Part shown: positions 1-11,800 of the stretch, in pieces | Layout of the letters: each line of letters starts with the position of its first letter | Numbering within the stretch: the stretch's first letter is position 1 | Assembly: GCA_024704765.1 (NCBI GenBank) | Contig: JAKMXF010000110.1 | Location: 372,001 to 436,000 of the forward strand | DNA: 64,000 nucleotides | Direction: 5' to 3' | From: Oopsacas minuta | Taxonomy: Eukaryota > Animalia > Porifera | Made by a program: the position numbers and the translations under genes | Notes under the pieces: model-generated | Told to the model about the DNA's origin: nothing | Seen by the model: the letters and a program-made list of their open reading frames with translations, nothing else | Database searches by the model: none

Positions 1-5
1 GGTAC

Positions 6-1475
6 ATGTCACCTGATCCCCATGGTCCAACTTTATTCATACAGGGAGCGTACTCCCTCACTCTAGGTGTTACAGAACCAATACAACTGAGACTACTGAT
101 GGAGGGTAGTACAGGACAGTTGGTCCGGTCTAGTGTGTCAATAGAAAACAATGGTACATCAGTAGTTTATGCTGATTGGAAGAAATTACCTAAACTCAAT
201 AAACTTAATAGAGTACTAGAAGGAAATATACAGAGGTTCTATTTCGATTTGAGAGAAAAGGTTCTCTTGCCGGGGCACTCTATATCTGTACCAGTTATAT
301 TCAAATCTACACAGGCTGGGGTGTATTGGGAGTCGTGGGAACTAGCTACTAGACCTGCGCTACAACCGCTTATTGTGACATTCCGCGGGATAGCATTAAT
401 GAAGGATAAGTTCTATCAAGCTAGACAACAAGTTGAAAGAGATCTGGTGGCAAACGAAGCTCAGGAATCCGCTAAACTTATAGTAGATGATATATTATAC
501 AGTATAGCTACACCCCCAAGAACACCGACCCGTTATAAACTAGACCGTACCCACGAGGAGAAGTTCACGCGTGTTAATCCAGGTATTGAATTCCGCGAGG
601 ATTTATTCCGTGCATTACAAACACTATACATTAATTCGTTCAATCCTCCTGCTCTAAGTGATAGAGCTGAATCTGCTGAGCTTAGGAAAGAAGGGAAGAG
701 TAGCGTTAAGAAGGAAGAGAAAGGGAAATCTGCTGGAAAACCTCCGAAAAAAGGAGAAAAAAATGAGAAAAAGGATGAAGTGTCTTTGAGCAAATTAACT
801 ATACTTCCTATACAACAAGATTTTCCTATACTTAGTAATGGTAAAATATGTGAAAGTTTGAAAGATATTCCTGAATGGGATTTGACTTTAGGATCGTTAG
901 AATACGCGATTCTTAACACTAAAGGTAGTGACCAGCAAACAGATCTCTTATTAGCACAGTTGAGTGAGATATTATCTAGATTCCATTCACCTATATATGT
1001 AACGAAACATAATACGAACTATCAACAAATGTATATATCACTTGTACAAGTATTAGAACTAATTCCGTCTAATTCCGCGAAACTTCGCGCTTTCTACAAC
1101 CTCCCAGAGAAGCTTTTTGTCGATGAAACACAGCCTGAGGCAGGAGAAAGTGTGATTAGCCCAACTGACCTTGGAAAAAAGAAAAAAGCTACAAGTAAAC
1201 AGGATGTATCCAAAAAGCCTCCTCAGAAAAAGGGTGTACCCAAGGAAGAGACCCCAGCAAAGCCTAAGGGGTCTACTCCTAGCAGGAAGGGGAAAGCATC
1301 TGTAACCCCTAAAACACAGTTGGACACTGGTGTAACTGAATTAACACCTGAGCTGCCGAAAACCGCAGAAATTGATCCAGCTGTTGAGAAATCATACTCC
1401 CTGAAATTGAAACAAATTGTGTGTGATTTACTTGACACAGCTATAGGCAACTTCCTTACTTCAGTACATTTGTGA
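6..1475 (+). CDS. MYCBPAP: MYCBP-associated protein-like (AMAP-1), C-terminal part; probably 5'-incomplete at the window edge
   Basis: Segment SSVSIENNGTSVVYADW...QRFYFDLREKVLLPGHSISVPVIFKSTQAGVYWESWELATRP resembles the conserved MYCBPAP Ig-like region (NNGT..W...QRFYFD.RE.V.LPG..F.FKS...G...E.WE..T.P). It is followed by Lys/Glu-rich low-complexity sequence. The frame is open to the window start. Confidence 0.75.
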   Translation: MSPDPHGPTLFIQGAYSLTLGVTEPIQLRLLMEGSTGQLVRSSVSIENNGTSVVYADWKKLPKLNKLNRVLEGNIQRFYFDLREKVLLPGHSISVPVIFKSTQAGVYWESWELATRPALQPLIVTFRGIALMKDKFYQARQQVERDLVANEAQESAKLIVDDILYSIATPPRTPTRYKLDRTHEEKFTRVNPGIEFREDLFRALQTLYINSFNPPALSDRAESAELRKEGKSSVKKEEKGKSAGKPPKKGEKNEKKDEVSLSKLTILPIQQDFPILSNGKICESLKDIPEWDLTLGSLEYAILNTKGSDQQTDLLLAQLSEILSRFHSPIYVTKHNTNYQQMYISLVQVLELIPSNSAKLRAFYNLPEKLFVDETQPEAGESVISPTDLGKKKKATSKQDVSKKPPQKKGVPKEETPAKPKGSTPSRKGKASVTPKTQLDTGVTELTPELPKTAEIDPAVEKSYSLKLKQIVCDLLDTAIGNFLTSVHL

Positions 1476-2026
1476 TTATACTATATCGATCTGTATTTAA
1501 TCCAATTCTTAACAGGTAATTATCTCTATTGTATTGTTGGACTTAAAACTACGTATAACGCGTTTACTTAGAAATTTGATGTTTCTCCTATATTCTTGTA
1601 TGCCAAATTGGTGTTAATCAATTCTCTCTTTGTTACACCTCGATGGACCAACATGTACTCCGTTTTGAACAACGATTTGCATTTCAGATTTCGTGTAGCT
1701 TAACAAATTGTAATGAGTGTACCAAACTTTGCAATGTCGAGGTTTACAGCTGGCGGATAGTTCCCTACCTTTGGCACTCGCGGAATATTATCAGAGGGCG
1801 CAATTGCGATCCCTGCGATCCCTCTGGTGTCGGCACAGGTTTGACCCTAGAGTACCAAATTAATGTGACATCATATTATCACATCTCAACTTACATCCCA
1901 AATTCTATATTTTCTATTCTTAGTACCGTTATTAATTACAATGATTATCACAAATACTGTGTCTAAAACTTTCTAATTACTACCTTAAACTATTTCTGTC
2001 GACCATTAATAATGTCAAATTACTAG

Positions 2027-2135
2027 AAATAGACTGAATTTACCTAAAATAGAATGAATTTACCTATAAATAGAATGAATTTACCTATAAATAGAATGAA
2101 TTTACCTATAAATAGAATGAATTTACCTATAAATA
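2027..2135. repeat. 21-bp tandem minisatellite (AAATAGAATGAATTTACCTAT), 4 perfect copies plus 1 degenerate copy
   Basis: Read directly: perfect units at 2047-2067, 2068-2088, 2089-2109 and 2110-2130; degenerate unit at 2027-2046. It ends about 50 bp upstream of the ATG at 2182. Confidence 0.95.
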
Positions 2136-2181
2136 CACAAGAATTATTTATTCCTAATATTTACTTACGAAAAGAACAAAG

Positions 2182-5162
2182 ATGGCTGCCTTAGAAATGC
2201 CTGTACGTGCTCTAACCCTATACAATAACGGGTATGGTGTATTTCAACGTGATGTTAAAGTGAAGGGACGTGGTCATATAGATCTGTACTTCCAAGCTAA
2301 AGACATGGAGTATGTATTGAAGAGTTTATCATTCACTGACGAGACTGGCTCCAGTTTGGGTAATATTTCTTATGAACCTAGTCGCCCAGAAGCTACATTC
2401 AGTGTAGATGAGTCTGAGAGTATTATCGGGTTAATGCGTTCTTTACAGGGATTTACTGTGTCTGTTAAGCTGACAACAGGCAATGAAGTGCAGGGGAGGT
2501 TGCTGGGAGTAGATACACTAGAGGTAAATGTTCGTCCGTGAAGTATGTAATTCATGGTTCATCTTATTATAAATACATTAGGAAAATTGTCATTAGTTCA
2601 CCATTTTATCAGTGAAATTCGACTAAACAATATATTTACAACTTGACAGACCTCCTTTAACACGCTTAATTAACATATATCGAAGTAGAGTTCTATTAAT
2701 TGAACAGTTTATATTATGATAACGTCATAAAATAATGAAATGCCCCCTGCCCGCATGCTCAGATGTACATCATGCGGAGCTGAAACAAGTTTGTCGTTAA
2801 CAATACCTTACTATCTTCATTAACCTACATATCTATCCTTTAGACACCAGTAGGTGATCGAATCCAATCAGTTAACCACATTTGTTTACTACTACCAGAT
2901 GGATCTCTCATAAAGCACAGCATTAACTCAATAGATAAGCTCCGTGTCCTAGATACCAGTGCTGTTAAGGATATAGAACATAGTCTGGACCTTATAATGA
3001 GCGCTGAGAAGACTAACATGCAAAAGCTATCTATATTCTATCACGGTGATGATCAGGATAAGATCCTGAGTGTGAGATACGGTGTTATAGTAAGTGAATG
3101 GCAAAGTTCTTATAGATTAGTTCTCAAGCCTGAAGCTACTGCTAGTGATACGATTCGTTTCCGTTTAGAAGGTTTTGCTGTAGTTAATAATGTTAAAGAT
3201 GATGATTGGAATGATATCAAGCTTACTCTGGTCGTAGGTGCTCCCATGTTACCTACAACTGGGGGGTCTAGTAGTGGAGGATCTGCTGGGGGAACATTGG
3301 AACTCACGATTAAACAGATTACCGGAGCTGATATATTCATTCGTGCTAATCCTAGAGATACTGTGGAGCATGTTATTAAGAAGGTAAGGGATATGAAGTA
3401 TTAAGAAAATTCTCAAATAATAATTTTGAAACTACTTCTTTATATGCAGGGTAACTTCCACAAACGGGGTGTTAGGGACGCCGAAACATGCTACCCGTTT
3501 CACCATTTCTGCTAGATTCCCCGTTTGTGGATGGTTCATTTGTATGGGACTAGGAATTCTCTTTATTTATTTTCCACTCTGTTTGCAAAAGCCCCGTTTG
3601 TGGAGGTTTCACTGCACTTAATTTATGCGAAATTCGCGAAAATTATACCTTTGATAAATCATGATTTCCTAAATCTTTACAGCCCAAAGTAAGCCAGGCC
3701 ATTACAATAATAATTTCTGTTTATTTCTTCAGTAACCTCAAATATTTTCAATTTAGATAGCAACTAAGAAAGGCATCTCTGAGAGTAGCTGTAAGCTAAT
3801 ATTCGCCGGTAAGCAGATAGAACCAGGGCGTACGCTAACAGACTACAATATTCAGAATAATGCTACAATCCACCTCGTGCTAAAAACAGGAGCTTCTCAG
3901 TCATCTAGCTCTACATCCGGTGGCGGATTTGTAATGGCAGCTCAGCACAACCTTTCTTACTATCCTATAGATCCAGCTGTTACAGCTAAAAGGAAGCAGA
4001 AAGCTATTGTACCTCTACTTAGTACAGAGCTACAGGGACACCAAGTATTGCTTTATGATGAGAATATTCGTAAGGGGAATCCATTGACTTCTATTCTATT
4101 TGAAAATGCTACAGGACGTACATTGGATGGTGGTAGTATTCAGGTAGATCTTATATTATTCTTATACTGTCAATTCCTATCATAGATATATATAACACGG
4201 ATGTTTCGAAATTTCACGGTCCTTGAGCGTCCATATAATGAAATTGGGTGAACTTGGTGCTACAAATTTTGGTTTTCCTATTCATTAAGCTCGTAACGCA
4301 TATGCCGTAATCTGTTAATATTTTTTAGGTAATGACAGAAGACCTATTTTTGGGAGAGGGTAGTTTCCTAACCCTCCATCCAGGAGATGAAAGCTCTCCA
4401 ATACCCTACTGCGTAGAGACAGGCTGTGAAGTAACAGTAGACTATGACATTAGTACCCTCAAATTCCACAGAGTAACAATCAAAAACGGTTTAGTAGAAT
4501 TTACACGTAAGAGAAGACAGAGGACTATATACCGTATAAATAACAAAACTGATAGATCACTAGATTTTATGCTAAATCACCCATTCCTGGATGGATGGGA
4601 ACTACTACAAAAAGACCCGAATAATCCTCAAAACGAAATCGAAGAACCTGTCGATATTACAGACAGATTGTATCAATTTAGATTCCCAGTTGGGCCTAGA
4701 GTTGAGAAGAAAGTTTTTAATGTTAGGGAATCCACAAATGACGTAATAGAGAATGATATAGATAGTCAGGTATGCAGAGATGATCTTGAAAACTGGACCA
4801 AGAAAGCTTACCTCGATCAACCTACTATACAGGCTCTAACTGAAGTTTTGGATCTTCAATCTGAGGTAAATGAGATAGCGAAAGCTATCGTAGAGAAGGA
4901 AGGAGATATCCGAGAACTGAACACTACACAATCTCGTCTACGTGATAATATAAAAGCTCTACAGGGACATGAAGGAGAATCTAAGAAGTATGTTAAACAG
5001 CTGGGAGCTACCGAGGATAGACTAACCCAAATACAGAGTAGTATTAAAGGATTCCGTCAGGATAAGAAGAAAATTCAGATAGAGAAAGATAGAAAAATTG
5101 ATCTTATTGAGTTCTCTAAGGATTTAAAAGTTCTAGAGGATGAGTCTGAGAGTACCGTCTAA
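2182..5162 (+). CDS. DUF4139-like (mucoidy-inhibitor-like) protein with internal ubiquitin-like domain; 4 exons, about 700 aa
   Basis: Exons 2182-2523, 2844-3383, 3757-4143 and 4329-5162 have GT-AG junctions, all phase 0, and total 2103 nt. The N-terminus [23 protein letters not shown] and later [24 protein letters not shown] and IVPLL...[24 protein letters not shown] resemble bacterial DUF4139-type proteins. UBL: [29 protein letters not shown]|[45 protein letters not shown]. The C-terminus is a coiled coil. Confidence 0.75.
3447..3614. mobile_element. MITE family C (TIR about CAGTAAACCTCCACAAACGGGG) in intron 2 of the DUF4139-UBL gene
   Basis: The left end CAGGGTAACTTCCACAAACGGGG and right end CCCCGTTTGTGGAGGTTTCACTG are inverted copies. 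Related ends occur at 31436-31559 and 63973-64000. Confidence 0.75.
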
Positions 5163-5886
5163 CTCTATAGAGCTGTGTGTCTGGTAGTTATTATTAGAAT
5201 TCTTGATTTTTCGAAGATAATTGTTTGGAAATTTGATTAACTTTTTGTGTTAGATTCTATCTTGAATTGTTAAGCTTTATTTTAGCATTTTTAGTAGAAA
5301 GTATTTATTCATTTTTGTGAAGTCGAATTGGTTAATTATCAGTTTTTGCTGCTATATCTATGAGTTAGGTATCAATCTGATCATCTGAGTACTCTCATTA
5401 CATTATATACTATCCTTACTCCTAGCCACAAACCTAAATTACTACACATAAGCTTTGACTGTAAAGTCCTCACTCCAACATGGTACTCATAAAATATATA
5501 CATTTGTTCATTGATTGAATGGCTGCTAGTAATCTTATACACATGTTTCTCAACACTTTCTGCTCTATCCCACACTATATTATATTTGTATTTATCATGA
5601 TTTTATTCCCATAATATTATAAAATATACCAATACGTCATTTAATCGACAAAATACGTAGATATTACATAACTAATATAGGACTGTCACTCTCTGGGACA
5701 TTGATCATTCAGCTTGATACATGGAATTAATATTGAATAAAAACAGATAAGTAATTGTATTTACTATACAGAGTAGATAACTAGAGAGCAGATGCAGTAT
5801 ATAAAGCAAAGTTAGGTGATCAAGGCTAAAAGATCTCTCTGCGTTTAGTCGAGGAAAATTGAACATTGTTCTCGAGAAGATGTTTG

Positions 5887-8800
5887 CTAGTTTCCTTTAG
5901 TTAGTCTGTAGAGACGAAATTTATTTCCGTTATCGTCTGAATTCACTTCGAAGAGGTATGCGAGGCAAATGAGTGTTTCTTGTGTGTCTCTGTCACTGAC
6001 AACCTGTAGATATATGTCGTAACTACGCGATTGGTTATAGGAATGTGTAATATAACTTATAAGTAATAATGCATTTGTATTATATAGTTATATCCCGTTA
6101 CATCGAATACCGTTATATCAAAACCTGAAATTGTACAAATGTGGTCCTAAACCTTCAAAATAGCATAAAGTACATCAATTTTTATCGAAGTAATTGTCGC
6201 ACTTGAGATGTGTTAAAACAGGAGTTGACTGTAGTTACTTATTTATGAAATTACAATATCTTTTAATGACAAATTGCTTCATACTTCCTTGTACGTCTCT
6301 GACTACAATTATGCGAATAGCTTAACATTAATAGAAATGCATGTAGTTATAAGTGGTTGTTACAATTTTAGTGATTTTGAGAATTCCTAAAGTGTCATGT
6401 TTTGATGGGAATTTATTTAAATGACATTGTAGATATGTAAATTAGTTTCGTAACTATTATAACGAGATGATCTACGTGGTGACAGTACTTGTTAATAGGA
6501 ACGTTGTTCTATTATTGTAGGTTTAGGGTACATTGTTAATTTCCTTTCACCCAATTGAATCATCAAAAGTTGATAATGACTTTCGCCAGAATTCTCTTAT
6601 CAATGCAACCTTACTTATATAATTTCGAACTTATATATTAAGCTACTAAAGAGATCGATTTCGAAACTAAATTGTAAAAGGTAATATCTTTAACCCGGTT
6701 CTATAACAGACGTTCTACAAGTAATGATACCTGACAAGATGATATTACTATATACTACTACTTGTTATTGCGTATAATACCTTTTATATAACAATACACA
6801 AAGCACATCAGTCATGTATATTGCTATCTTTAATATTATCTGATTTTCGTATGGAATAAGGTGATATTAGTTATTGAAAAGATTAATTATAATTGGAAAA
6901 TGTTAAGTTGCGTGTACGTGTATTCAATGGAATCATAACAGATTGTTTGCTCGTTAGTTAGGTTCATAGACTCTATTACTATGAATAACATCATATAACG
7001 TATGTATTATTTTCAATTCCGGTTATATCGAACATAAATATATCGAAGTCTGTAATTGTACAAATATGGTCCCAAACTGCCAAAGTAACATAAATTACAT
7101 CGGTTATATCAAATTCCGCTTAGATCGAAGTAATTGACTGAACCCCCTTGGGAATACCAATACATGTTCCTATAACCGATAGATGATACTTACTTGTAGG
7201 ATAGTGAAATGCTCGAGTACATTATTCATCATGTAGTTCTCAGGCAGATTGTATAGTCTTTGTATAAAATTGAGGATATATTCACACATAGGGGATCTGT
7301 TGATACGATACACGAAACCTGAATTCTCGAATTTAGCATACTCTGTCTAGATTGGAATTAAAATATAAATGTAGTATACTCAATTTGATAAATTATCCAT
7401 AGTCCTTACCTCAACTTTCTCCACAACTTGTGTACCAAAAGAACATACTTTAGTTGAGCATGTTATAGTTTTGTTTTCAGATCCTTCAAACCTAATTATG
7501 CATACGATATATATAAGAACTAAGAAGAATCTATCTAGTAATTATTGTGTATATCCAAGTCGGATGTGAAGTTATATGTTGTATCAGGCTAGACATGCTG
7601 GCATTTCCCTGATCGTTACTATTCAATGCTTTTTCAATCGTTAATATACTTCGATTACATTTTTGTGTACGGTGAATTATTTACCTTTTCACTCGGGACT
7701 CCTATGACAATTTTAACAGCATTCTATCAGGACCCCTTCCATAGACTGCAATACAAATTATGAGATACTGTGGACCCCCTACTGTCTTCCGTTGACTACC
7801 AAGAGTATATGAACCCAAGATTGAGAACGCTGAATTAGAATAGCATATTATCTATACAAATACCTGCTAGATACTCCGTAGAAACAGTTCGGCTCCTCAA
7901 TTAATGGTGTATTTACGTTTCCCCAGAACTTTACTAAGAAGAAAGCGTGGGGAGGTCCTTTTTCATACAGGTCTCTCAAACCTCCACTCTTCTCAGGGAA
8001 TTTATCTCGAATATGAGAAATATCAATTGTCTAATAAAAAGTATTTATAATAATCGTCTATATTTTCGTTCTATTAAAATAGAACCTACCTCCATATCTT
8101 GGTCATTGAAGTTTGCATCTGTTATTTGTGCGAAAATATGTTTTCTTGGCTAAATAATCACAAATAAAAGCAATAAACAACTGGCAAATATCCCGAAATG
8201 CGACCATATAAGGTAGTAAACTAGTTATTAAAATATTGAATTTAACTCTTCAAACTTACATTTTCTGATTGAGTCGATTGAGATTCAACGAATGCACAGA
8301 ATTCCACTAATTTTAGAGGCTACATAGAAATAGAACATTAAATAATATAAGATGTGTGTCATTGGTAGTTACACTGCAAAGTTATTTTCCTAACTCATCA
8401 GTATCTTCCTACGAAAATTAGAAACGAAGAAAATTGCATAAAATGTCATTAATTAAGATTGAATTATCAGTCAGCTGTTGAGAAATATATATATGTATAT
8501 TTTGTTTTGTATTAACTTACCAATTCAAGTGGTGTTGGTTGTGAGTTGGGATTTGAGACTCTATCTTGTATGCTATTCCCTCCTTCGATTGGAGACAGAC
8601 TCTATAGATAATTTACAAAGTAACCTTGTGCAATATTCCGCTTGCTAGAAGTATTCACGCTCCCAAATGATCCATTGCGTGTATTATCGTACTGGTTATG
8701 AATTTGTTCGCTAAACGTATACACCTCCACACGCGAACCATAGGGAAGTATAGGCACGATCCCTTATAATCAGTTAGCCTCTCTATCTTATGTAAAGTTG

Positions 8801-11800
8801 TTAATGGATTCAATAGTAAATGATCAAATAGTGTTTTGGCTAATTTTATGCATTTTTAGATAGATAAATTCCTATATTAATTCGTTAATTACGACTAAAG
8901 AGTGAGGAGATATCATAAACAGAAAATTTAAATTATCTGCGGTGACATTTAATATTTTATGATTAGAGCAGATTTACACTATTAAAATAATAGTTGATAA
9001 GATAGTAGTGGTGTCGTATTCAAGAGTCACACATGAGAAACCACAAAGTGAAAACCAAGAACGAGAGCACATGGTAAATATTCTTTTATCAAATATTTTA
9101 AAGAGATAACAAATTCCATATAAGATTTCCTTCAATAGCTCAAAATATTTTTTCCTGCAAATATTTAGCATATTTTAGGATTCTAGGGAAAATGCTTAAA
9201 ATAGTAAAGTATTTTGTAGATATTTCACAGGGTACTTAAAATTTGTAGACTAAGACAACCGCCGTCATATCGAAGCTCAAGAGACCGCGATAATATAAAC
9301 AGAGTTCGATAAAACTGATGAAATATGTTACTTTAACCGTTTGGGGCATATTTGTACAATTTGAGACTTCAATATAAGCGGGTATTTAGATATGACGGGG
9401 GTTGACTGTAAGTAAATCAGATATTTTGAAGACAAAAGTAACATTTATATGAGGAAACAACTGTATTTAGCTATAAATACCTGATTAGTTAGGATTGGAG
9501 ATGAGTTTGTTGCTCTTCCAGGTTCAATAGTAGCATTAGAAGATGGAACAGCTATCTATAATTCCACAAATAATAATAATAGCATTTTCTTAACTATCTA
9601 ATATTATATGAATATACAATTACCTGTCCCACTGATGATGGATAAAGAGATAGAGATATAGGAATCATACCTCCAGCTAGATTCTGGAAATGTGTAGGTA
9701 ATGCATGAGGTTGTTGTACTAGTGCGTGTCCTGATGGATGCCACATCTATTTGGAAAAATATCTTAAAATTGAAATAATCCGTTAAAGATGTATTTACTG
9801 ATATTACATTATATATTTAACATTATACTTACGAGGCTGGGCTCTTGCTTTATCGTTATTGGATTCACTAAAAATCGAGAATATTTTGTAAAATATTGCA
9901 ATCTTATTATATGTACGAATAAATATTGTAAATATTTGTATCTTAGAATCTGATATACACCGTTATCAGATTATTCATAACTTATAACCGCCAATATTAT
10001 ATCACGTACTAATCCCTTCACTATTTCACTGGATTCCTTGTTCTGCGAATAATTCCCCTAATACACCCGAAGTTGCCAGAAAAATTGCGAATTTCCTGTG
10101 GTTTTCATAATTTTCCTTGGATATAAAGTTTAATGCGAGGATTACACATAGTTTTTGGGTTTGGTAAGTAGCATTTATGACGATTGATTTGTTCATATCG
10201 TTAACTAATTTATTCACTAACATTCACCTGGTCCTGATGCAAACATATGACCCATAGGAACAGCATTAGGAGCTATACCAGGTGAAGGAAATAGGTTTAT
10301 ATTCGGTCTGTGTATTGAGCTAGCTGATACTATCTGAGCTGATGACATGCTAGATAGATTAGCCATTGCTTTATCTTTTGCTACTGGATCCTAAAGCAAA
10401 TTCGTATATCATATAAATACACAATATATAGAATTACGTGTGAATTTACCTTTATTTTTCCTTGAATTTCTCTAGCTTTCTTTTTCGCCAGCACTTGGAT
10501 GTGACTGGATACCTGAAATTAAGGAAATCCACAGTAGTTAATGTAACAGTTATCAGGGTACTGATTATCTCCCTGATAATATAGACGCCTAAACCATGAA
10601 CATATTTATCTACTTCAATGTCCATATTCTACTTACACGATTGAAATATACGCTTACAAAATGCTTAAAATCTACCATGATAGTTATTTAGCAATTTATG
10701 CGAGACAAACTTGAGACTAATATTATCGATGCGTAATTGCATAAAATTAGAAACGTGAGCTTTAACTAAGTGTGAAGTACTCTCTACTTCTTACATATAA
10801 CTATTAATTATAACTTACTTGTTTCCTTGATCTTGATTTCCCTGTCCGTAGCTTAATATATCTTGCAATCAGTTCATTTCTACCTAAGAACAGACACAAT
10901 ACATTAATTACTGTGTTCTAGACAATGCTCTGTTTGGTGTCTCTACTGCTAATTGATATAAAACAGTCCATACAAACAATTTTGGTAAACTTCGAGACTT
11001 GTCCTGTCTATATAATTACTAACGACTTGATAAATATCTTATCACATTATTTCAGCTAAAATAATGTAATTTTATCAGTTTTATTGAAAGACCAAACATA
11101 GTTGTATTGAGAGATTAAGGAGTGGCTAAATAGTTGTATCACTGTAAACGATATCCACCTTTTGAACTCGTATAGAATTCTTCTATAAAATTTTTGTTAT
11201 GCCATCATGTGAAATAAATACTTTGCCCTGTAATCTATGTAGGGTAGGTATTCTTGTGTTTATGGAGGAGGGCTAGAAGTACATAGTTTATCATGGGAGT
11301 AAAATGTTAATTGTATCACATTACAAATTTATGAGGCTTATTTTTCTAATATTGTTCAAATGAATTATTGTTTGATGGGTCATTTTATCAATGATGAGTA
11401 TTGTATAGTCTAGGAGTAATGTATGTTTGAATTTATTAATTGGTGGATATATCAGGAATTAGAAATCTGATAATTTATACATTCACTTAATCAATGCACT
11501 ATAATCCCATTATTGAAGTTAATCAAGTACGCACTGGGTTGTTTCTAAAATCATATTCTTATAAAGTTAAACAATTACGGAGAAGTCTTTGGGTAAAACA
11601 TATATCAAAAAGGTTCCTATTCATTACAATTGTTACGCATAGGCCGTCTGTTAAGCCATCTAAAAATAGATTTGCCTAAGGCAATCCGATCTATTTTATC
11701 AATGAATATTTTCCAATTGTTTTTAAACTCATTTTACAAACATTCTGCTACACATATACGTATTAGAAACAGGTTGAAAGAACCACTTATGGTTCACATG

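Noticed and set aside
533-1450. Minus-strand ORFs 533-919 and 1223-1450
   Set aside because: Antisense shadows of the MYCBPAP coding sequence with no recognisable motifs.
1643-1966. 107-aa Cys-containing ORF
   Set aside because: No domain pattern, and it runs into AT-rich sequence; treated as an incidental ORF over a candidate structured element.
2027-2135. Possible CRISPR array
   Set aside because: Head-to-tail repeats without spacers, in a eukaryotic context with no cas genes.
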